Source of the DNA: Opitutaceae bacterium
Lineage (GTDB): Bacteria > Verrucomicrobiota > Verrucomicrobiia > Opitutales > Opitutaceae
Length of the DNA: 64,000 nt
NCBI GenBank assembly: GCA_015075305.1
Contig: JABTUS010000004.1
Coordinates: forward strand, 238,679-302,678
Direction of reading: 5' to 3'
The notes below the pieces were generated by a model. The model was not told the DNA's origin. It ran no database searches and saw nothing but the letters and a program-made list of their open reading frames with translations. Numbering within the stretch: position 1 is the first letter of the stretch; every line of letters starts with the position of its first letter. The position numbers and the translations under genes are program-made. Below, one piece after another: positions 19,500 through 30,282 of the stretch.

Positions 19500-20903
19500 A
19501 TGGCCAAGCAATCTCAGGCGACATGGGGTGGGCGGTTTTCGGCAGCGCCGGCGGAGCTCATGCTCCGCTTCAGCGAAAGCGTGTCGTTTGACGCGCGCCT
19601 CGCTCCCTATGACATTGCCGGAAGCCGGGCGCATTCCGCAATGCTTGCCCATGTGGGCCTGATTTCTGAGGCGGAACGCAACGAAATCCATCGCGGTTTG
19701 GATGAAATTGAAAAGGAGATCGCCGACGGAAAGTTTACCTGGAGCATTCAACTCGAGGATGTTCACATGAACATCGAGCAGGCCCTGACCCGCCGGGCGC
19801 CCGCGGCCGCAAAGCTTCACACGGCGCGCAGCCGGAATGACCAGGTGGCCACCGACATGCGGCTTTGGTTCAAACATGCCTGCATGGTGCTCGTGGAGAA
19901 GCTGCGCGGCGCCCAGAGAGCGCTGCTGACGGTGGCCGAGCGGGACGGAGGCGTGCTCATTCCGGGCTACACCCACCTTCAGCGCGCGCAGCCTGTTCCT
20001 TTCGCGCACCATCTTCTGGCCTGGATGGAGATGCTCGACCGCGACGTGGAGAAGTTTGAATCCGTGCGCTCGCAGGCAAACTGGTGTCCCCTTGGATCAG
20101 GGGCCATCGCGGGCACCACGCTGCCCATTGACCGCGAGTACACCGCGAAAGCGCTCGGGTTTGTTGACGAAAAGGGGCGTCCCCGGGTGACGCGCAACTC
20201 GATGGACACAGTGGCGGATCGCGATGTTTTCATTGCGTTTGCCGGCGCCTGCGCGATGGCGGGCGTGCACTTCTCACGCATCGCCGAGGACCTGATCATT
20301 TGGTCGAGCATTGAATTCAAGTTCATTGAACTGCCTGACGCCTTTTGCACCGGCTCCTCGCTGATGCCCCAAAAGAAGAACCCCGACTCCTGCGAACTGC
20401 TTCGCGGAAAAGCTGCACGCCTGCAGGGGAATCTTCACACCCTGCTGACTCTGGCCAAGGGGCTTCCGCTTACCTACAACCGCGATCTTCAGGAGGACAA
20501 ACCACCCGTGTTTGACAGCTTTGACCAGACGGCAATGTGCACGGATGTGCTGGCAGGCACCCTGGGCGGAATGCAGTTGGTCAGGATGCGCTGTGAGGAG
20601 GCGGTGAAGGACCCGCTCCTGCTCGCCACGGACCTTGCGGACTATCTCGTGATGCAGGGGGTGCCGTTTCGCGAGGCGCATCACGCGGTCGGCGCCGTCG
20701 TCAAACTGGCGGAGGAGAACAATGTCCGCCTCGATCAGCTTTCAACGGAGTCGGTGCAGGGCATTCATCCGAAATTTGGCAGGGACTGGGCGGATGTCTT
20801 TGACCTGAAGCGCGCGATGGCGATGCGCGGCGGTACTGGCATGCCAGGGCCGAGTCAGGTGAGGAAGCAGCTCCTCCGGTGGAAGAATTTGCTGGGCGGA
20901 TAG
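19500..20903 (+). CDS. argH: argininosuccinate lyase
   Basis: [46 protein letters not shown], signature [12 protein letters not shown]. Confidence 0.93.
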   Translation: MAKQSQATWGGRFSAAPAELMLRFSESVSFDARLAPYDIAGSRAHSAMLAHVGLISEAERNEIHRGLDEIEKEIADGKFTWSIQLEDVHMNIEQALTRRAPAAAKLHTARSRNDQVATDMRLWFKHACMVLVEKLRGAQRALLTVAERDGGVLIPGYTHLQRAQPVPFAHHLLAWMEMLDRDVEKFESVRSQANWCPLGSGAIAGTTLPIDREYTAKALGFVDEKGRPRVTRNSMDTVADRDVFIAFAGACAMAGVHFSRIAEDLIIWSSIEFKFIELPDAFCTGSSLMPQKKNPDSCELLRGKAARLQGNLHTLLTLAKGLPLTYNRDLQEDKPPVFDSFDQTAMCTDVLAGTLGGMQLVRMRCEEAVKDPLLLATDLADYLVMQGVPFREAHHAVGAVVKLAEENNVRLDQLSTESVQGIHPKFGRDWADVFDLKRAMAMRGGTGMPGPSQVRKQLLRWKNLLGG

Positions 20904-20926
20904 CAGGGAGATCCTCCGTCGCCGAC

Positions 20927-22771
20927 ATGGCCAAGGTCCGCATTCTCCCAGATCGTGTTGCCAATCAGATCGCCGCCGGCGAGGTGATCGAGCGTCCCGC
21001 AGCGGTCGTAAAGGAGCTCGTCGAAAACGCCCTGGATGCCGGTGCCAGCAGGATTGAGGTGGAGTTCAGGGTGGGTGGGCGTGCAGTCATGGTCGTCGAG
21101 GACAACGGCGCGGGCATGGTTCGCGACGATGCCCTGCTCGCCCTTGAGCGGCATGCCACGAGCAAGATCAAGGAGGCGAATGATCTTGATCGTCTGGTCA
21201 GCTATGGTTTTCGGGGCGAGGCCCTGCCTTCAATCGCAAGCGTATCCCGGTTCACACTTCAAACCCGAGCTCAGGGCGAGGAAGCTGGCACGGAAATACT
21301 CGTCAACGGCGGAAGGATGCTTCATGTGCGGGATTGTGGACGACCAGTTGGGACGCGAATGGAGGTGTCGCAACTCTTCAACTCGGTGCCGGCGAGGAGG
21401 AAGTTCCTGAAGAGCGATCAGACAGAAGCAGCACACATCGTTCAATGCGTCAGACTGTATGCCCTGGCGCGACCCGACGTGGCGTTTGTGCTCGTGGAGG
21501 ACGGACGCACCATATTCCGGTCGCCTGAATGCTCCCTGCTGGCCGAACGCGTGACCGAGATTTTTGGAAGGCAGATCGCGGAGTCGGTGGTTGGCATCGA
21601 TGCGCGTGAAGGGGGACTGCATCTTCAGGGGCTGATCGGCAAGCCGGGCGTCGGCCGGGCGACGCGCCATGAAATGATCACGTTCGTCAATCAAAGGCCC
21701 GTGGACAGCAGGACATTGAACTATGCGTTGATTGAGAGCTATCAGGAGTTGATGCCCAAGGGCCGCTACCCGCTCGCCTTTGTTTTCCTTGATCTCGATC
21801 CGGCCTCTGTCGATGTGAATGTGCATCCCGCAAAGCGCGAGGTTCGGTTTCGAGGTGAGTCGGCGGTTCGCAGCTTCGTGATTCGCAGCGTGCTGCAGCG
21901 CCTGAGGGAACTCGGTTCGCAGCAACCGCCGCTGGCGGCGCCAGCCACATTGAGCAATCCTCCGATGCCGCCGCCACCAGTTTCGATTCATGGAGTGAAT
22001 CCCGCTGCGGCGGCGGCTGCACCGATCGATCGAAATGAATCCAGTGCAATCCCGCGCATGCCGATGATGTCCACCTCTGGACGAGCCGCGAATCCAGCTC
22101 AGCCCGCTGCCGGTCGGGCGCCGGCGGGACCGGTGTCGCAATCCACGAATCAGGCCGGGACGGTGCCTGTCGAGACCTCCGGCCAGCGACCGACGGCACC
22201 GGCCTGGAGATATGTTGGATTGGCGCATGGAGCGTATGCCTTGTTTGAAACATCCGCGGGACTGGTGCTGCTCGATCGACGGGCGTCGAATGAACGCATC
22301 TGGTTCGAGCGATTGCAGGCGCAGTTCCGTGCGCAGCATGTGCCGAGTCAGCGCCTGCTGCTGGCTGTGCCAATTGAGCTCGATGCGGTTTCCTCGGCAT
22401 TGCTGCTCGATCGGCTGGAGTTCCTCAACCAGCATGGTTTTGAGATCGTGGAGTTTGGCAGAAATTTTTTCAGGATGGAGGCGCTGCCGGGTTGGATGGA
22501 GCCCGGAGACGCGGAGTCCTTCCTTCGAGACCTCCTGGGGTTGATGCGCGAGGGGAGGCTGCAGGAAGCGGATGTCAATCTCGCGAGGGATGAACTGGCG
22601 CGACTCGCGGCATCGAAGGCGATTCGTCTGCCCGCTGTGCAATCGGAGGCGGAAATCGCCTCGCTTGTTGCGCAGTTGTTTGCGACACGCGCGCCATTGA
22701 CCAGTCCCGCGGGAAAGCCGACCTACATCGAGCTGAACCACGGCGAACTTGCCCGGCGCTTTCAGAAGTAG
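20927..22771 (+). CDS. mutL: DNA mismatch repair protein MutL
   Basis: [53 protein letters not shown]-terminal dimerisation region. Confidence 0.93.
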   Translation: MAKVRILPDRVANQIAAGEVIERPAAVVKELVENALDAGASRIEVEFRVGGRAVMVVEDNGAGMVRDDALLALERHATSKIKEANDLDRLVSYGFRGEALPSIASVSRFTLQTRAQGEEAGTEILVNGGRMLHVRDCGRPVGTRMEVSQLFNSVPARRKFLKSDQTEAAHIVQCVRLYALARPDVAFVLVEDGRTIFRSPECSLLAERVTEIFGRQIAESVVGIDAREGGLHLQGLIGKPGVGRATRHEMITFVNQRPVDSRTLNYALIESYQELMPKGRYPLAFVFLDLDPASVDVNVHPAKREVRFRGESAVRSFVIRSVLQRLRELGSQQPPLAAPATLSNPPMPPPPVSIHGVNPAAAAAAPIDRNESSAIPRMPMMSTSGRAANPAQPAAGRAPAGPVSQSTNQAGTVPVETSGQRPTAPAWRYVGLAHGAYALFETSAGLVLLDRRASNERIWFERLQAQFRAQHVPSQRLLLAVPIELDAVSSALLLDRLEFLNQHGFEIVEFGRNFFRMEALPGWMEPGDAESFLRDLLGLMREGRLQEADVNLARDELARLAASKAIRLPAVQSEAEIASLVAQLFATRAPLTSPAGKPTYIELNHGELARRFQK

Positions 22772-22874
22772 GCGAATTTCAGTCCCGGAGTGCAGCAAGC
22801 TGGCAGCTTGTACTTCCTGTTGGGCTTGCCAGTGTGCCCGGGGCCATTTCCTGTTTCCGATTCGAATCCAAATC

Positions 22875-25394
22875 ATGCCTGCAGTCACACGATCCTCCGT
22901 TGCACCGAACGCCAAATCCAAGAAGAAGAGTCCGGATCAGCCAACTGATGAGGAAATGACGAAGGTGCATTTCAAGCAGTCGATCCTGAGGCATCTGACG
23001 TCGACGCTGGCGCGTGATCGCGTGACAGCCGGACCGCGAGACTGGTGGATTGCCACGGCAATGGCCACCCGGGAAACCATCCTGGCCCGGCTGATCGCGA
23101 CGCAGCGGGTGCACAATGAACAGAATGTTCGGCGTCTCTATTACTTCTCGCTTGAGTACCTCATGGGGCGCCTTCTGGAGAACAATCTCTACAACACCGG
23201 TCTCATGGCCGCGGCAAGGGAGGCGCTGAAGGAACTGGGCGTTGATTTCGAGACGGTTCGAGAGGCCGAGGTTGACATGGGTTTGGGCAATGGCGGCCTG
23301 GGCCGTCTGGCGGCCTGTTTTCTGGACTCGCTGGCCACGCTCGATCTCCCTGCGATCGGATACGGGATCCACTATGAATTCGGACTCTTCAAGCAGGAGT
23401 TCGTCAATGGCCACCAGGTGGAGCACCCGGATGGCTGGATGCTCTTCGGCACGCCATGGGAAATCATTCGTCCGGAATACACAACGGAGGTCCAGGTTTA
23501 CGGCGAGGTGGAGAATGTCTTCAACGATCATGGAGACTACCGGCCACGGTGGGTGAAGACCCGCACCATCCTGGGCGTGCCTTATGACATACCCATCGCG
23601 GGCTATTGCACAATGACCGTCAATTTCCTGCGACTGTGGGCTTCGAAGTCCACCGAGGAGTTCGACCTGGCGGCGTTCAACTCCGGCGGATACGTTGAGG
23701 CGGTCCGGGAGAAGGCGATGGGTGAAACCATCTCGAAGGTTCTATATCCAAACGACAAGACCGAGAATGGAAAGGAACTCCGCCTGGTTCAGCAGTATTT
23801 CTTCGTCGCGTGCTCGCTTCGGGACATAATCAGGCGCCACGTGCGCGCCCCCGGGAACACCTGGAGGAACTTTCCGGAAAAAGTCGCGATTCAGCTGAAT
23901 GACACCCATCCGGCCGTCGCCGTGGCCGAGTTGATGCGGTTGCTGCTGGATGAGCATGACTTCGAATGGGAGGCCGCCTGGAAGATCGTGACGGCAACAT
24001 TTGGATACACCAATCACACGCTGCTCCCCGAGGCGCTCGAGAAGTGGGGCGTTCCGCTGTTTGCGCGCGTGCTGCCCCGGCATCTTCAGATCATCTACGA
24101 GATCAACGGTCGACTGATGCGGCAGGTGGAGGCCAAATGGCCTGGCGACGATGAAAAGAAGCGTGATTGTTCGTTGATAGAGGAGGGTGGAGCAAAGCAG
24201 ATACGCATGGCCAACCTTGCCGTTGTCGGTTCGCATGCCGTCAACGGCGTCGCGGCGCTGCACACCCGGCTGCTCAAGAAGGATCTGTTCCCTTTCTTTG
24301 ACGCGCTCTATCCTGGAAAATTCCAGAATAAGACAAACGGAATAACGCCGCGCCGCTGGCTCCTGGACTGCAATCCACGGCTGTCCTCGCTGATCTCAGG
24401 CAGGCTCAAGTCGACGGATTGGGTCAGGGACCTCAACGACCTGAGGAAGCTTGAAGCCTTTGCCGACGATGCGAAGTTTCAGCGTGAGTTCCTTTCCATC
24501 AAGCGCGAGAACAAGACGGAGCTGGCGGCAATAATCAAAGCCGAGTGTGGCATCGATGTGTCGCCTGACGCGCTGTTCGACGTTCAAATCAAGCGCCTGC
24601 ACGAGTACAAGCGCCAGCACCTCAACCTGCTGCACATACTTGCCCTCTATCGCAGGCTCCTGCGCGACCCTTCACTGGCAATCGTTCCCCGGGTCTTCAT
24701 CTTTGCGGCCAAGGCCGCACCGGGATACGATCTGGCCAAGAACATCATCCGCGCGATCAACGTGGTTGGAGCGCGGATCAACAGCGACGAGCGGATTGGC
24801 GGCAGGCTGAAGGTGGCATTCCTTCCAAACTACCGTGTGTCGCTGGCCGAGCGCATCATACCGGCGGCCGACTTGTCGGAGCAGATTTCCACTGCGGGAA
24901 AAGAGGCCTCGGGAACCGGAAACATGAAGCTGGCCCTGAACGGCGCCTTGACCATCGGCACGCTGGATGGGGCCAATGTTGAGATCCGGGAAGAGGTGGG
25001 TGACGAGAACATCTTCATTTTTGGCCTCACCGTGGAGGAGGTGGCCGAACTCCACGCCAGGGGCTACAACCCGCGGAGCATCTATGAAAATGATGAGGAG
25101 CTTCGCGCGGTCGTGGACTGGCTGGGTTCCAACTATTTCACGCCTGATGAGCAAAGCGCATTTGGAGCGGTGCATCACAGTCTGCTTGACGGAGGAGACC
25201 CTTACCTGGTGCTCGCCGACTTTCGGGCCTACTCGAATGCCCATGCAAGGGTCGACGCCGCCTATCGCGATCCCGTGAAATGGGCGCGGATGGCAATCCT
25301 CAACACCGCCCGTGTGGGGAAGTTTTCGAGTGATCGTACGATCCTCGAATATGCCAAGGACATCTGGAGTCTGCCGCCGGCGCGGGTTCCCTGA
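22875..25394 (+). CDS. glgP: glycogen/alpha-glucan phosphorylase
   Basis: [34 protein letters not shown]-lysine motif [28 protein letters not shown]. Confidence 0.93.
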   Translation: MPAVTRSSVAPNAKSKKKSPDQPTDEEMTKVHFKQSILRHLTSTLARDRVTAGPRDWWIATAMATRETILARLIATQRVHNEQNVRRLYYFSLEYLMGRLLENNLYNTGLMAAAREALKELGVDFETVREAEVDMGLGNGGLGRLAACFLDSLATLDLPAIGYGIHYEFGLFKQEFVNGHQVEHPDGWMLFGTPWEIIRPEYTTEVQVYGEVENVFNDHGDYRPRWVKTRTILGVPYDIPIAGYCTMTVNFLRLWASKSTEEFDLAAFNSGGYVEAVREKAMGETISKVLYPNDKTENGKELRLVQQYFFVACSLRDIIRRHVRAPGNTWRNFPEKVAIQLNDTHPAVAVAELMRLLLDEHDFEWEAAWKIVTATFGYTNHTLLPEALEKWGVPLFARVLPRHLQIIYEINGRLMRQVEAKWPGDDEKKRDCSLIEEGGAKQIRMANLAVVGSHAVNGVAALHTRLLKKDLFPFFDALYPGKFQNKTNGITPRRWLLDCNPRLSSLISGRLKSTDWVRDLNDLRKLEAFADDAKFQREFLSIKRENKTELAAIIKAECGIDVSPDALFDVQIKRLHEYKRQHLNLLHILALYRRLLRDPSLAIVPRVFIFAAKAAPGYDLAKNIIRAINVVGARINSDERIGGRLKVAFLPNYRVSLAERIIPAADLSEQISTAGKEASGTGNMKLALNGALTIGTLDGANVEIREEVGDENIFIFGLTVEEVAELHARGYNPRSIYENDEELRAVVDWLGSNYFTPDEQSAFGAVHHSLLDGGDPYLVLADFRAYSNAHARVDAAYRDPVKWARMAILNTARVGKFSSDRTILEYAKDIWSLPPARVP

Positions 25395-25491
25395 GGCGGA
25401 CTGGCGCATTGGCAGCGACCCAGGGAGACGCAATGCAGGCCGGCGTACGTTTTCAGTTGCGCGCTCCGGAGGCGTGCTTGGAGTAGCGGTT

Positions 25492-26643
25492 GTGTCCTCC
25501 GGTTATCAGGTTATCGCGCGCAAGTGGCGTCCCCAGACATTCGACGATGTGGTGGGGCAGGATCATGTCGTGCGCACGCTGCGCAATGCAATCGATCGGG
25601 GAAGGATCGCGCATGCCTACCTCCTGGTCGGGCCGCGCGGCACGGGCAAGACGTCGACCGCCCGCATTTTTGCGAAGGCGCTCAACTGCACCGGCGGGCC
25701 CCGGGCGGATTTCGACCCCGCCGATCCCGCGGTCAAATCGATCGCAGACGGCACATCGATGGATGTGATTGAAATCGACGGTGCGTCCAACAACTCGGTC
25801 GATCAGATTCGCGATCTGCGCGACGATGTCCGCTACGCCCCGGCGCAGGGCCGGTTCAAGATCTACATCATCGACGAGGTTCACATGCTTTCGAACCAGG
25901 CGTTCAACGCCCTGTTGAAGACGCTCGAGGAGCCGCCGCCGCATGTGAAGTTCATCTTTGCGACCACCGATGTGCAGAAGGTGCTGCCAACCATCCTGTC
26001 ACGATGCCAGCGATTCGATCTCAAGCCGATTCCCAGCGAACTTATCGTCGGCCGGCTCAGGAAGATTGCGGTTGATGAGAAGGTGAAGGTTTCGGATGCC
26101 GCATTGTCGAGCATTGCGCGCATGGCGGACGGCGGCATGCGCGACGCCCAGTCGATCTTCGACCAGATGATATCCTTCTGCGGGGATGAGATCTCCGAGA
26201 GCGATGTGCTCGACGTGTACGGTCTGGTGTCGGCAAAGCAGGTTGCGGAGCTTGCCGGGGCTCTTGCCGCGGGTGATCACGGCCGAATCATCGGGATCGT
26301 CGATGCCTGTGATCAGAACGGGCGCGATCTCGTGCGACTGCTGAACGACCTTCAGTCGCTGGTCCGCGAGGCCCTTCTGGACGCGATTGCCAGGGGAGGG
26401 GCGACGGAGACGCTCGGTGTCAGCCTGACGACCGAACAGGTCACGCGCCTGCTCGATGCGCTCCGCGAGGGCGAAAGCAGCGTCAAACTGGGGCTGGCTG
26501 AGCGCATCAATTTCGAGATAGCGCTCCTGAAGGCGGTGGAGGCAAGCCGTGCACGGGCGATCGACAGCCTTATCCGGGAGTTGAGTGCACTCACAGACGA
26601 AGTGCCTGACGACCAGGAGAGCGGCTCAAAAAAAAAGCCCTGA
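25492..26643 (+). CDS. dnaX: DNA polymerase III subunit gamma/tau, zero-frame product (~383 aa)
   Basis: GTG 25492 gives (M)[26 protein letters not shown], Walker [28 protein letters not shown]. The frame stops one codon after an A9G run. Confidence 0.9.
   Translation: MSSGYQVIARKWRPQTFDDVVGQDHVVRTLRNAIDRGRIAHAYLLVGPRGTGKTSTARIFAKALNCTGGPRADFDPADPAVKSIADGTSMDVIEIDGASNNSVDQIRDLRDDVRYAPAQGRFKIYIIDEVHMLSNQAFNALLKTLEEPPPHVKFIFATTDVQKVLPTILSRCQRFDLKPIPSELIVGRLRKIAVDEKVKVSDAALSSIARMADGGMRDAQSIFDQMISFCGDEISESDVLDVYGLVSAKQVAELAGALAAGDHGRIIGIVDACDQNGRDLVRLLNDLQSLVREALLDAIARGGATETLGVSLTTEQVTRLLDALREGESSVKLGLAERINFEIALLKAVEASRARAIDSLIRELSALTDEVPDDQESGSKKKP
26628..26637 (+). promoter_or_regulatory. A9G homopolymer containing the heptamer A AAA AAG (candidate frameshift or transcriptional-slippage site)
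   Basis: Zero-frame reading is TCA AAA AAA AAG CCC TGA. The heptamer A AAA AAG at 26631-26637 is identical to the E. coli dnaX slippery site. The -1 frame stays open from here to 27134. Confidence 0.5.
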
Positions 26644-27134
26644 CACCGCTGGATAGGATTGCCGAACGGCTGCCCGCCTTGCCGGTCGATCCGCCTTTGC
26701 CCAGGATGCCTGCGCGGTCACCGCAGGAGGCCCGGGAAGTGGCCGCGGGGGGTGAATCGAGAAATTCAGAAACGATACCGTCAGGCAATGTGCCCGCAGA
26801 TGCGGGAGTAGGTGGCGGAGACGTGATGGCATCGCAGGATTCAGATCAGACGGGTGGAGGCGAGGATGGACCGCCACTTGAAGTGATCATGGGTGCCGAG
26901 GATGAAGTGTCGGGTGAAATGGATCTGCGTTTTCCGTCCGATGGGCGAAGTGCGGGAGAGGAGAACACGGCTGGCGAAAAGCCGCTGCCCGGCATGGATG
27001 ATCTTGTCTCCCGCATCCCCGCAGAAGTTCGAGATGCGCTCGATGCACTGTTTCGCGGTCGGTTTGTCAGGGTCACGCGCGTACCGCCATCCGTGCTGAC
27101 GAAAGGCTCCGCACATGGACCCAAAGCCTTGTGA
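26628..27134 (+). CDS. -1-frame continuation of dnaX (putative tau-specific C-terminal extension), or an independent acidic protein from TTG 26679
   Basis: The -1 frame reads [25 protein letters not shown]... to a stop at 27134 with no intervening stop. The sequence is acidic and low-complexity with a helical tail ([26 protein letters not shown]). I recognise no family. Confidence 0.4.
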   Translation, partial: KKKALTPLDRIAERLPALPVDPPLPRMPARSPQEAREVAAGGESRNSETIPSGNVPADAGVGGGDVMASQDSDQTGGGEDGPPLEVIMGAEDEVSGEMDLRFPSDGRSAGEENTAGEKPLPGMDDLVSRIPAEVRDALDALFRGRFVRVTRVPPSVLTKGSAHGPKAL

Positions 27135-27180
27135 TGACCGATCAAATTGCAGGGAGAGCGGCGCTTCAATCTGATCGGGT

Positions 27181-27534
27181 CTACTCGGCCCAATCCCCAT
27201 CGAGGAGCGCCTTCCCCTCAATTCCACCGAGGAAAAGATACATGTATGCTGCCGGGTGGGGATGCTCCAGTTGCACCAACTCCCGATTGTAGAGCCCTTC
27301 AGAAACACCCTCAAAGTCGTCGAGAGCGCGAAGGCACGAGTCGTCGACAAGAAAGACTTCTCCGCCTATCGATGATGGTCGATCCGGAGCTCGAACGACG
27401 CCGGGAAACCGCCCCAGGTGAAACATCTGAAAGCCCGCTGCCGTCCTGGCTTCGCCGAGAAACTTCTGATTCGCCAGCAGACGATGAGAACGGCAGCCAC
27501 GCTTCAACGTTCCGTAGACGAAAAGCCGGGTCAT
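27181..27534 (-). CDS. gamma-glutamylcyclotransferase-like (AIG2/GGACT family) protein
   Basis: MTRLFVYGTLKRG start motif and GEVF further on. 4-nt ATGA overlap with the upstream PP2C gene. Confidence 0.82.
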   Translation of the reverse strand: MTRLFVYGTLKRGCRSHRLLANQKFLGEARTAAGFQMFHLGRFPGVVRAPDRPSSIGGEVFLVDDSCLRALDDFEGVSEGLYNRELVQLEHPHPAAYMYLFLGGIEGKALLDGDWAE

Positions 27535-28397
27535 AGGGGAGGCCCGGCTGGCGGACAAATCTGAACAACCAACGCCGTCGCGTTGTCTCGTCCCGACTTT
27601 TCAACTGCCTCCTCGACGATGCGTTGCGCGACTGATTTGGCCGGGGGGGCCGGCGAATCGCGAATCAACTCCTCCAGGTTGCGATCCCAAAGCCCGTCCG
27701 TGACGCCATCGGTGCAAAGCAGAAATTGATCACCAATTCCGAATGGGGTGAAGCCGAGCTGGGGGTCCAGGCTTCGGACGCCGGCGCCCATGGCTTGATG
27801 CAGGGAATGCCGCATCGGGTGGGAGCGCGCCTCGCGTTCGTTGATCTTTCCTTTGCGCCTAAGCCAGCCCACATGGTTGTGATCGTCCGTGATCTGACGG
27901 TATCCGCCCGCTGCCGGATAGTGGTAGATTCGACTGTCTCCCACATGGGCAAAATGGATCCGGTCGCTCGTGACCCAGCAAAGACTCAGGGTGGCCCCCA
28001 TTCCGGCGCATTCCTCATAACTGCGGCCGAGGAATGTCAGGTCCTTGTGTATCGACATGAAGAGTTTGCCAAGCACCTCCATGCGAATCTCCGGTTGTAT
28101 CAATCTTGACCGGTGCACGGTGGGGGGAAGCAACTGGGTGATTCTGTCAACCGCTAGCTTGCTCGCGATTTCGCCAGCCTTGGCGCCTCCCATGCCGTCG
28201 CTCACGGCAAAAACAAAATCGTTGGCCGACAAGGATGCCTCCCCCGTCTTTCCAAGATAGCGAACTTCCTTCGCATCAATGGCGAGGGCCAGGAAGGCGT
28301 CTTCATTGTTCTCGCGCACGCGTCCGCGGTCGGTGATGCCGGACCACCGGACAACCGGGGTGGGAGGAATCGTTGTATCGATTGGGGGCGAATTCAT
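27531..28397 (-). CDS. PP2C-family Ser/Thr protein phosphatase
   Basis: GITDRGRVRENNEDAF, VSDGMGGAKAGEIAS, HVGDSRIY, LLCTDGVTD. Confidence 0.9.
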   Translation of the reverse strand: MNSPPIDTTIPPTPVVRWSGITDRGRVRENNEDAFLALAIDAKEVRYLGKTGEASLSANDFVFAVSDGMGGAKAGEIASKLAVDRITQLLPPTVHRSRLIQPEIRMEVLGKLFMSIHKDLTFLGRSYEECAGMGATLSLCWVTSDRIHFAHVGDSRIYHYPAAGGYRQITDDHNHVGWLRRKGKINEREARSHPMRHSLHQAMGAGVRSLDPQLGFTPFGIGDQFLLCTDGVTDGLWDRNLEELIRDSPAPPAKSVAQRIVEEAVEKSGRDNATALVVQICPPAGPPL

Positions 28398-28843
28398 TGT
28401 GGCGGCAGGGAGCCACTAGTCGAGTCATCCACGGTGGGCGAGGGCGAGACCGATATGGGGTTCCCTTGACTGTCCAGCAGGACTGCAAACTCAAAATCAA
28501 TGATGCAAAACCGTCCATCCGACGTCCGGTAGGTGACATTCCGCATGAACTGGTCCTCGTGTCTAACGCCATAACTCTCGAGTTCAGCGAAGAGTTCCGC
28601 CATTCGGACGGGATCAAGGTGTTCCACGATTCGACCGCAATTGGTTGTAACTATCTTCAGAAGCTCCGGGTCTGAATCCAGCAGGCGCGGAACGAAGTTG
28701 CATCCGCGTTCCTCCAGATGCCTGAGCACCTTGACCTCCGTTTCGAACCTTTCCCTGGCCAAGGGCCCCCGAAAGGTTTTGTGCACCCGGCCATCGTAGC
28801 CGATCCTCACAATGGCTCGCTGGGTGTCTTTGACTTCATGCAT
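28394..28843 (-). CDS. minimal protein-kinase-like protein (Bud32/RIO/Kdo-kinase-like, 149 aa)
   Basis: Candidate beta3 Lys (GRVHKTF), alphaC Glu (FETEVKVLRHL), catalytic loop GVRHEDQFMRNV (HxD....N) and metal-binding IIDFEFA. 4-nt overlap with the PP2C gene. An in-frame stop lies 10 codons upstream of the ATG, so the short length is real in this sequence. Confidence 0.55.
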   Translation of the reverse strand: MHEVKDTQRAIVRIGYDGRVHKTFRGPLARERFETEVKVLRHLEERGCNFVPRLLDSDPELLKIVTTNCGRIVEHLDPVRMAELFAELESYGVRHEDQFMRNVTYRTSDGRFCIIDFEFAVLLDSQGNPISVSPSPTVDDSTSGSLPPQ

Positions 28844-28961
28844 TTGCGGATTCGAGAGTCGCGAACCACGTCAGTCGAAGCAAGGGGGGAAATGGACTGT
28901 GAGAGATCAAGAATGAGCAATTTGCCAAATACTTAACCCAAAAGTTGCCTCACGCAATCCT

Positions 28962-28977
28962 TGGCATGCAAGGTGCT
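28962..28977 (+). promoter_or_regulatory. candidate sigma-54 (-24/-12) promoter upstream of glutamine synthetase
   Basis: TGGCATGCAAGGTGCT has GG and GC at the consensus spacing of TGGCACG-N4-TTGCW (two mismatches). It lies about 85 nt upstream of the glnII ATG. Confidence 0.4.
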
Positions 28978-29061
28978 TGGCTGCTTAACACTGGCGTTCC
29001 CGCCATCAATTGCTCTTCAAAGAGCGCATCCATTCACACAATTTCCTGAAACCGATCCATT

Positions 29062-30096
29062 ATGGCGAAAATCAAATTGGAATACATCTGGCTCGACGGT
29101 TACACCCCGCTGGCCGGTTTGCGAAGCAAGACGAAGATCATCGACGGCAATGTCTCGTCTCTAAAGCTCGAGGATCTGCCCGTTTGGGGGTTTGACGGGA
29201 GCTCGACCCAGCAGGCCGAGGGCAAAAGTTCGGATTGCCAGCTGAAACCAGTGGCCATCTTTCCGGATGTCACGAGGAAAAATGCCTTTCTGGTGATGAC
29301 CGAGGTGCTGCTTCCGAATGGAGAGCCGCATCCGAGCAACTCCCGCGCAACAATTCCGGATGATCCTGACACTTGGTTCGGTTTCGAACAGGAGTACTTT
29401 TTCTTCCAAAACGGGCGGCCGCTGGGTTTCCCCTCGGAAGGCTATCCGGCTCCTCAGGGAACCTACTACACGGGTGTGGGATACCGCAATGTTGGCAGCC
29501 TGGCACGCAAACTCGTTGAAGAGCACATTGATCTCTGTGTCGCAGCCGGCATCAATATCGAAGGCATCAATGCGGAGGTCGCCAAGGGTCAGTGGGAGTT
29601 CCAGATTTTTGGCAAGGGTTCGAAGAACGCGGCGGACCAGGTCTGGGTGGCCCGTTACATCCTGAGCCGTTTGTGTGAATGTCACGGCATCGACATTGAA
29701 TGGAGCTGCAAACCGATCCGCGGTGAATGGGGGCGCATGCTCGACTGGAACGGATCGGGCATGCACTGCAATTTTTCAACGAAGTATATGCGCGAGATCG
29801 GCGGCAAGGCGTACTTCGAGAAACTCATGGCCGCGTTCGACAAGCACCGCGACGAGCACATCGCGGTTTATGGCCCCGACAACCACCTGCGCCTCACGGG
29901 ACTGCATGAGACACAGTCGATCGACAAGTTCTCGTACGGACTGGCCGATCGGGGAGCTTCCATCCGTATTCCGCACAGTTTTGTAAACAATGGCTATCGG
30001 GGCTATCTGGAGGACCGCCGACCCAACTCCGCCGCCGATCCGTATCTTGTCGCCGGAAGGATCATTCGGACGATCCTGACAGTCCCCACGAGCTGA
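29062..30096 (+). CDS. glnII: glutamine synthetase type II (eukaryote-like GSII)
   Basis: MAKIKLEYIWLDG, FGFEQEYFF, EVAKGQWEFQI, NGSGMHCNFS, ASIRIP; 344 aa. Confidence 0.9.
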   Translation: MAKIKLEYIWLDGYTPLAGLRSKTKIIDGNVSSLKLEDLPVWGFDGSSTQQAEGKSSDCQLKPVAIFPDVTRKNAFLVMTEVLLPNGEPHPSNSRATIPDDPDTWFGFEQEYFFFQNGRPLGFPSEGYPAPQGTYYTGVGYRNVGSLARKLVEEHIDLCVAAGINIEGINAEVAKGQWEFQIFGKGSKNAADQVWVARYILSRLCECHGIDIEWSCKPIRGEWGRMLDWNGSGMHCNFSTKYMREIGGKAYFEKLMAAFDKHRDEHIAVYGPDNHLRLTGLHETQSIDKFSYGLADRGASIRIPHSFVNNGYRGYLEDRRPNSAADPYLVAGRIIRTILTVPTS

Positions 30097-30166
30097 GTCC
30101 GTTTTTTTTTCGACTTCAGCGAGATCTGACTTCAGTCCCGGCGAAGGCAGGGACTGACACTGCAGA

Positions 30167-30190
30167 CCGAGGGCAGACGCCCTCGGTTTT
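30167..30190 (+). terminator. Rho-independent terminator after glnII
   Basis: CCGAGGGC-AGAC-GCCCTCGG followed by TTTTGTGTTGTT. A second hairpin CAGTCCC...GGGACTG lies at 30133-30156, and a T9 run at 30102-30110. Confidence 0.6.
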
Positions 30191-30282
30191 GTGTTGTTGG
30201 GATTCTTCGCCGCATGCGGCGATGCCCCGGGGGCCGGATTGCCGCGGCTCCTGGTCCTGGCAGGCAAAACCCAAGTGGGAAA

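Noticed and set aside
19389-20012. Upstream part of the 370-aa minus-strand ORF
   Set aside because: It is antisense to argH. The signal-peptide-bearing internal start at 19388 gives a sensible 162-aa protein.
26679-27134. Treating the 151-aa ORF after dnaX simply as an independent hypothetical gene
   Set aside because: Not fully rejected. Its listed start is TTG, the frame is open all the way back to the dnaX slippery run, and its frame is exactly -1. The frameshift or indel explanation is therefore preferred.
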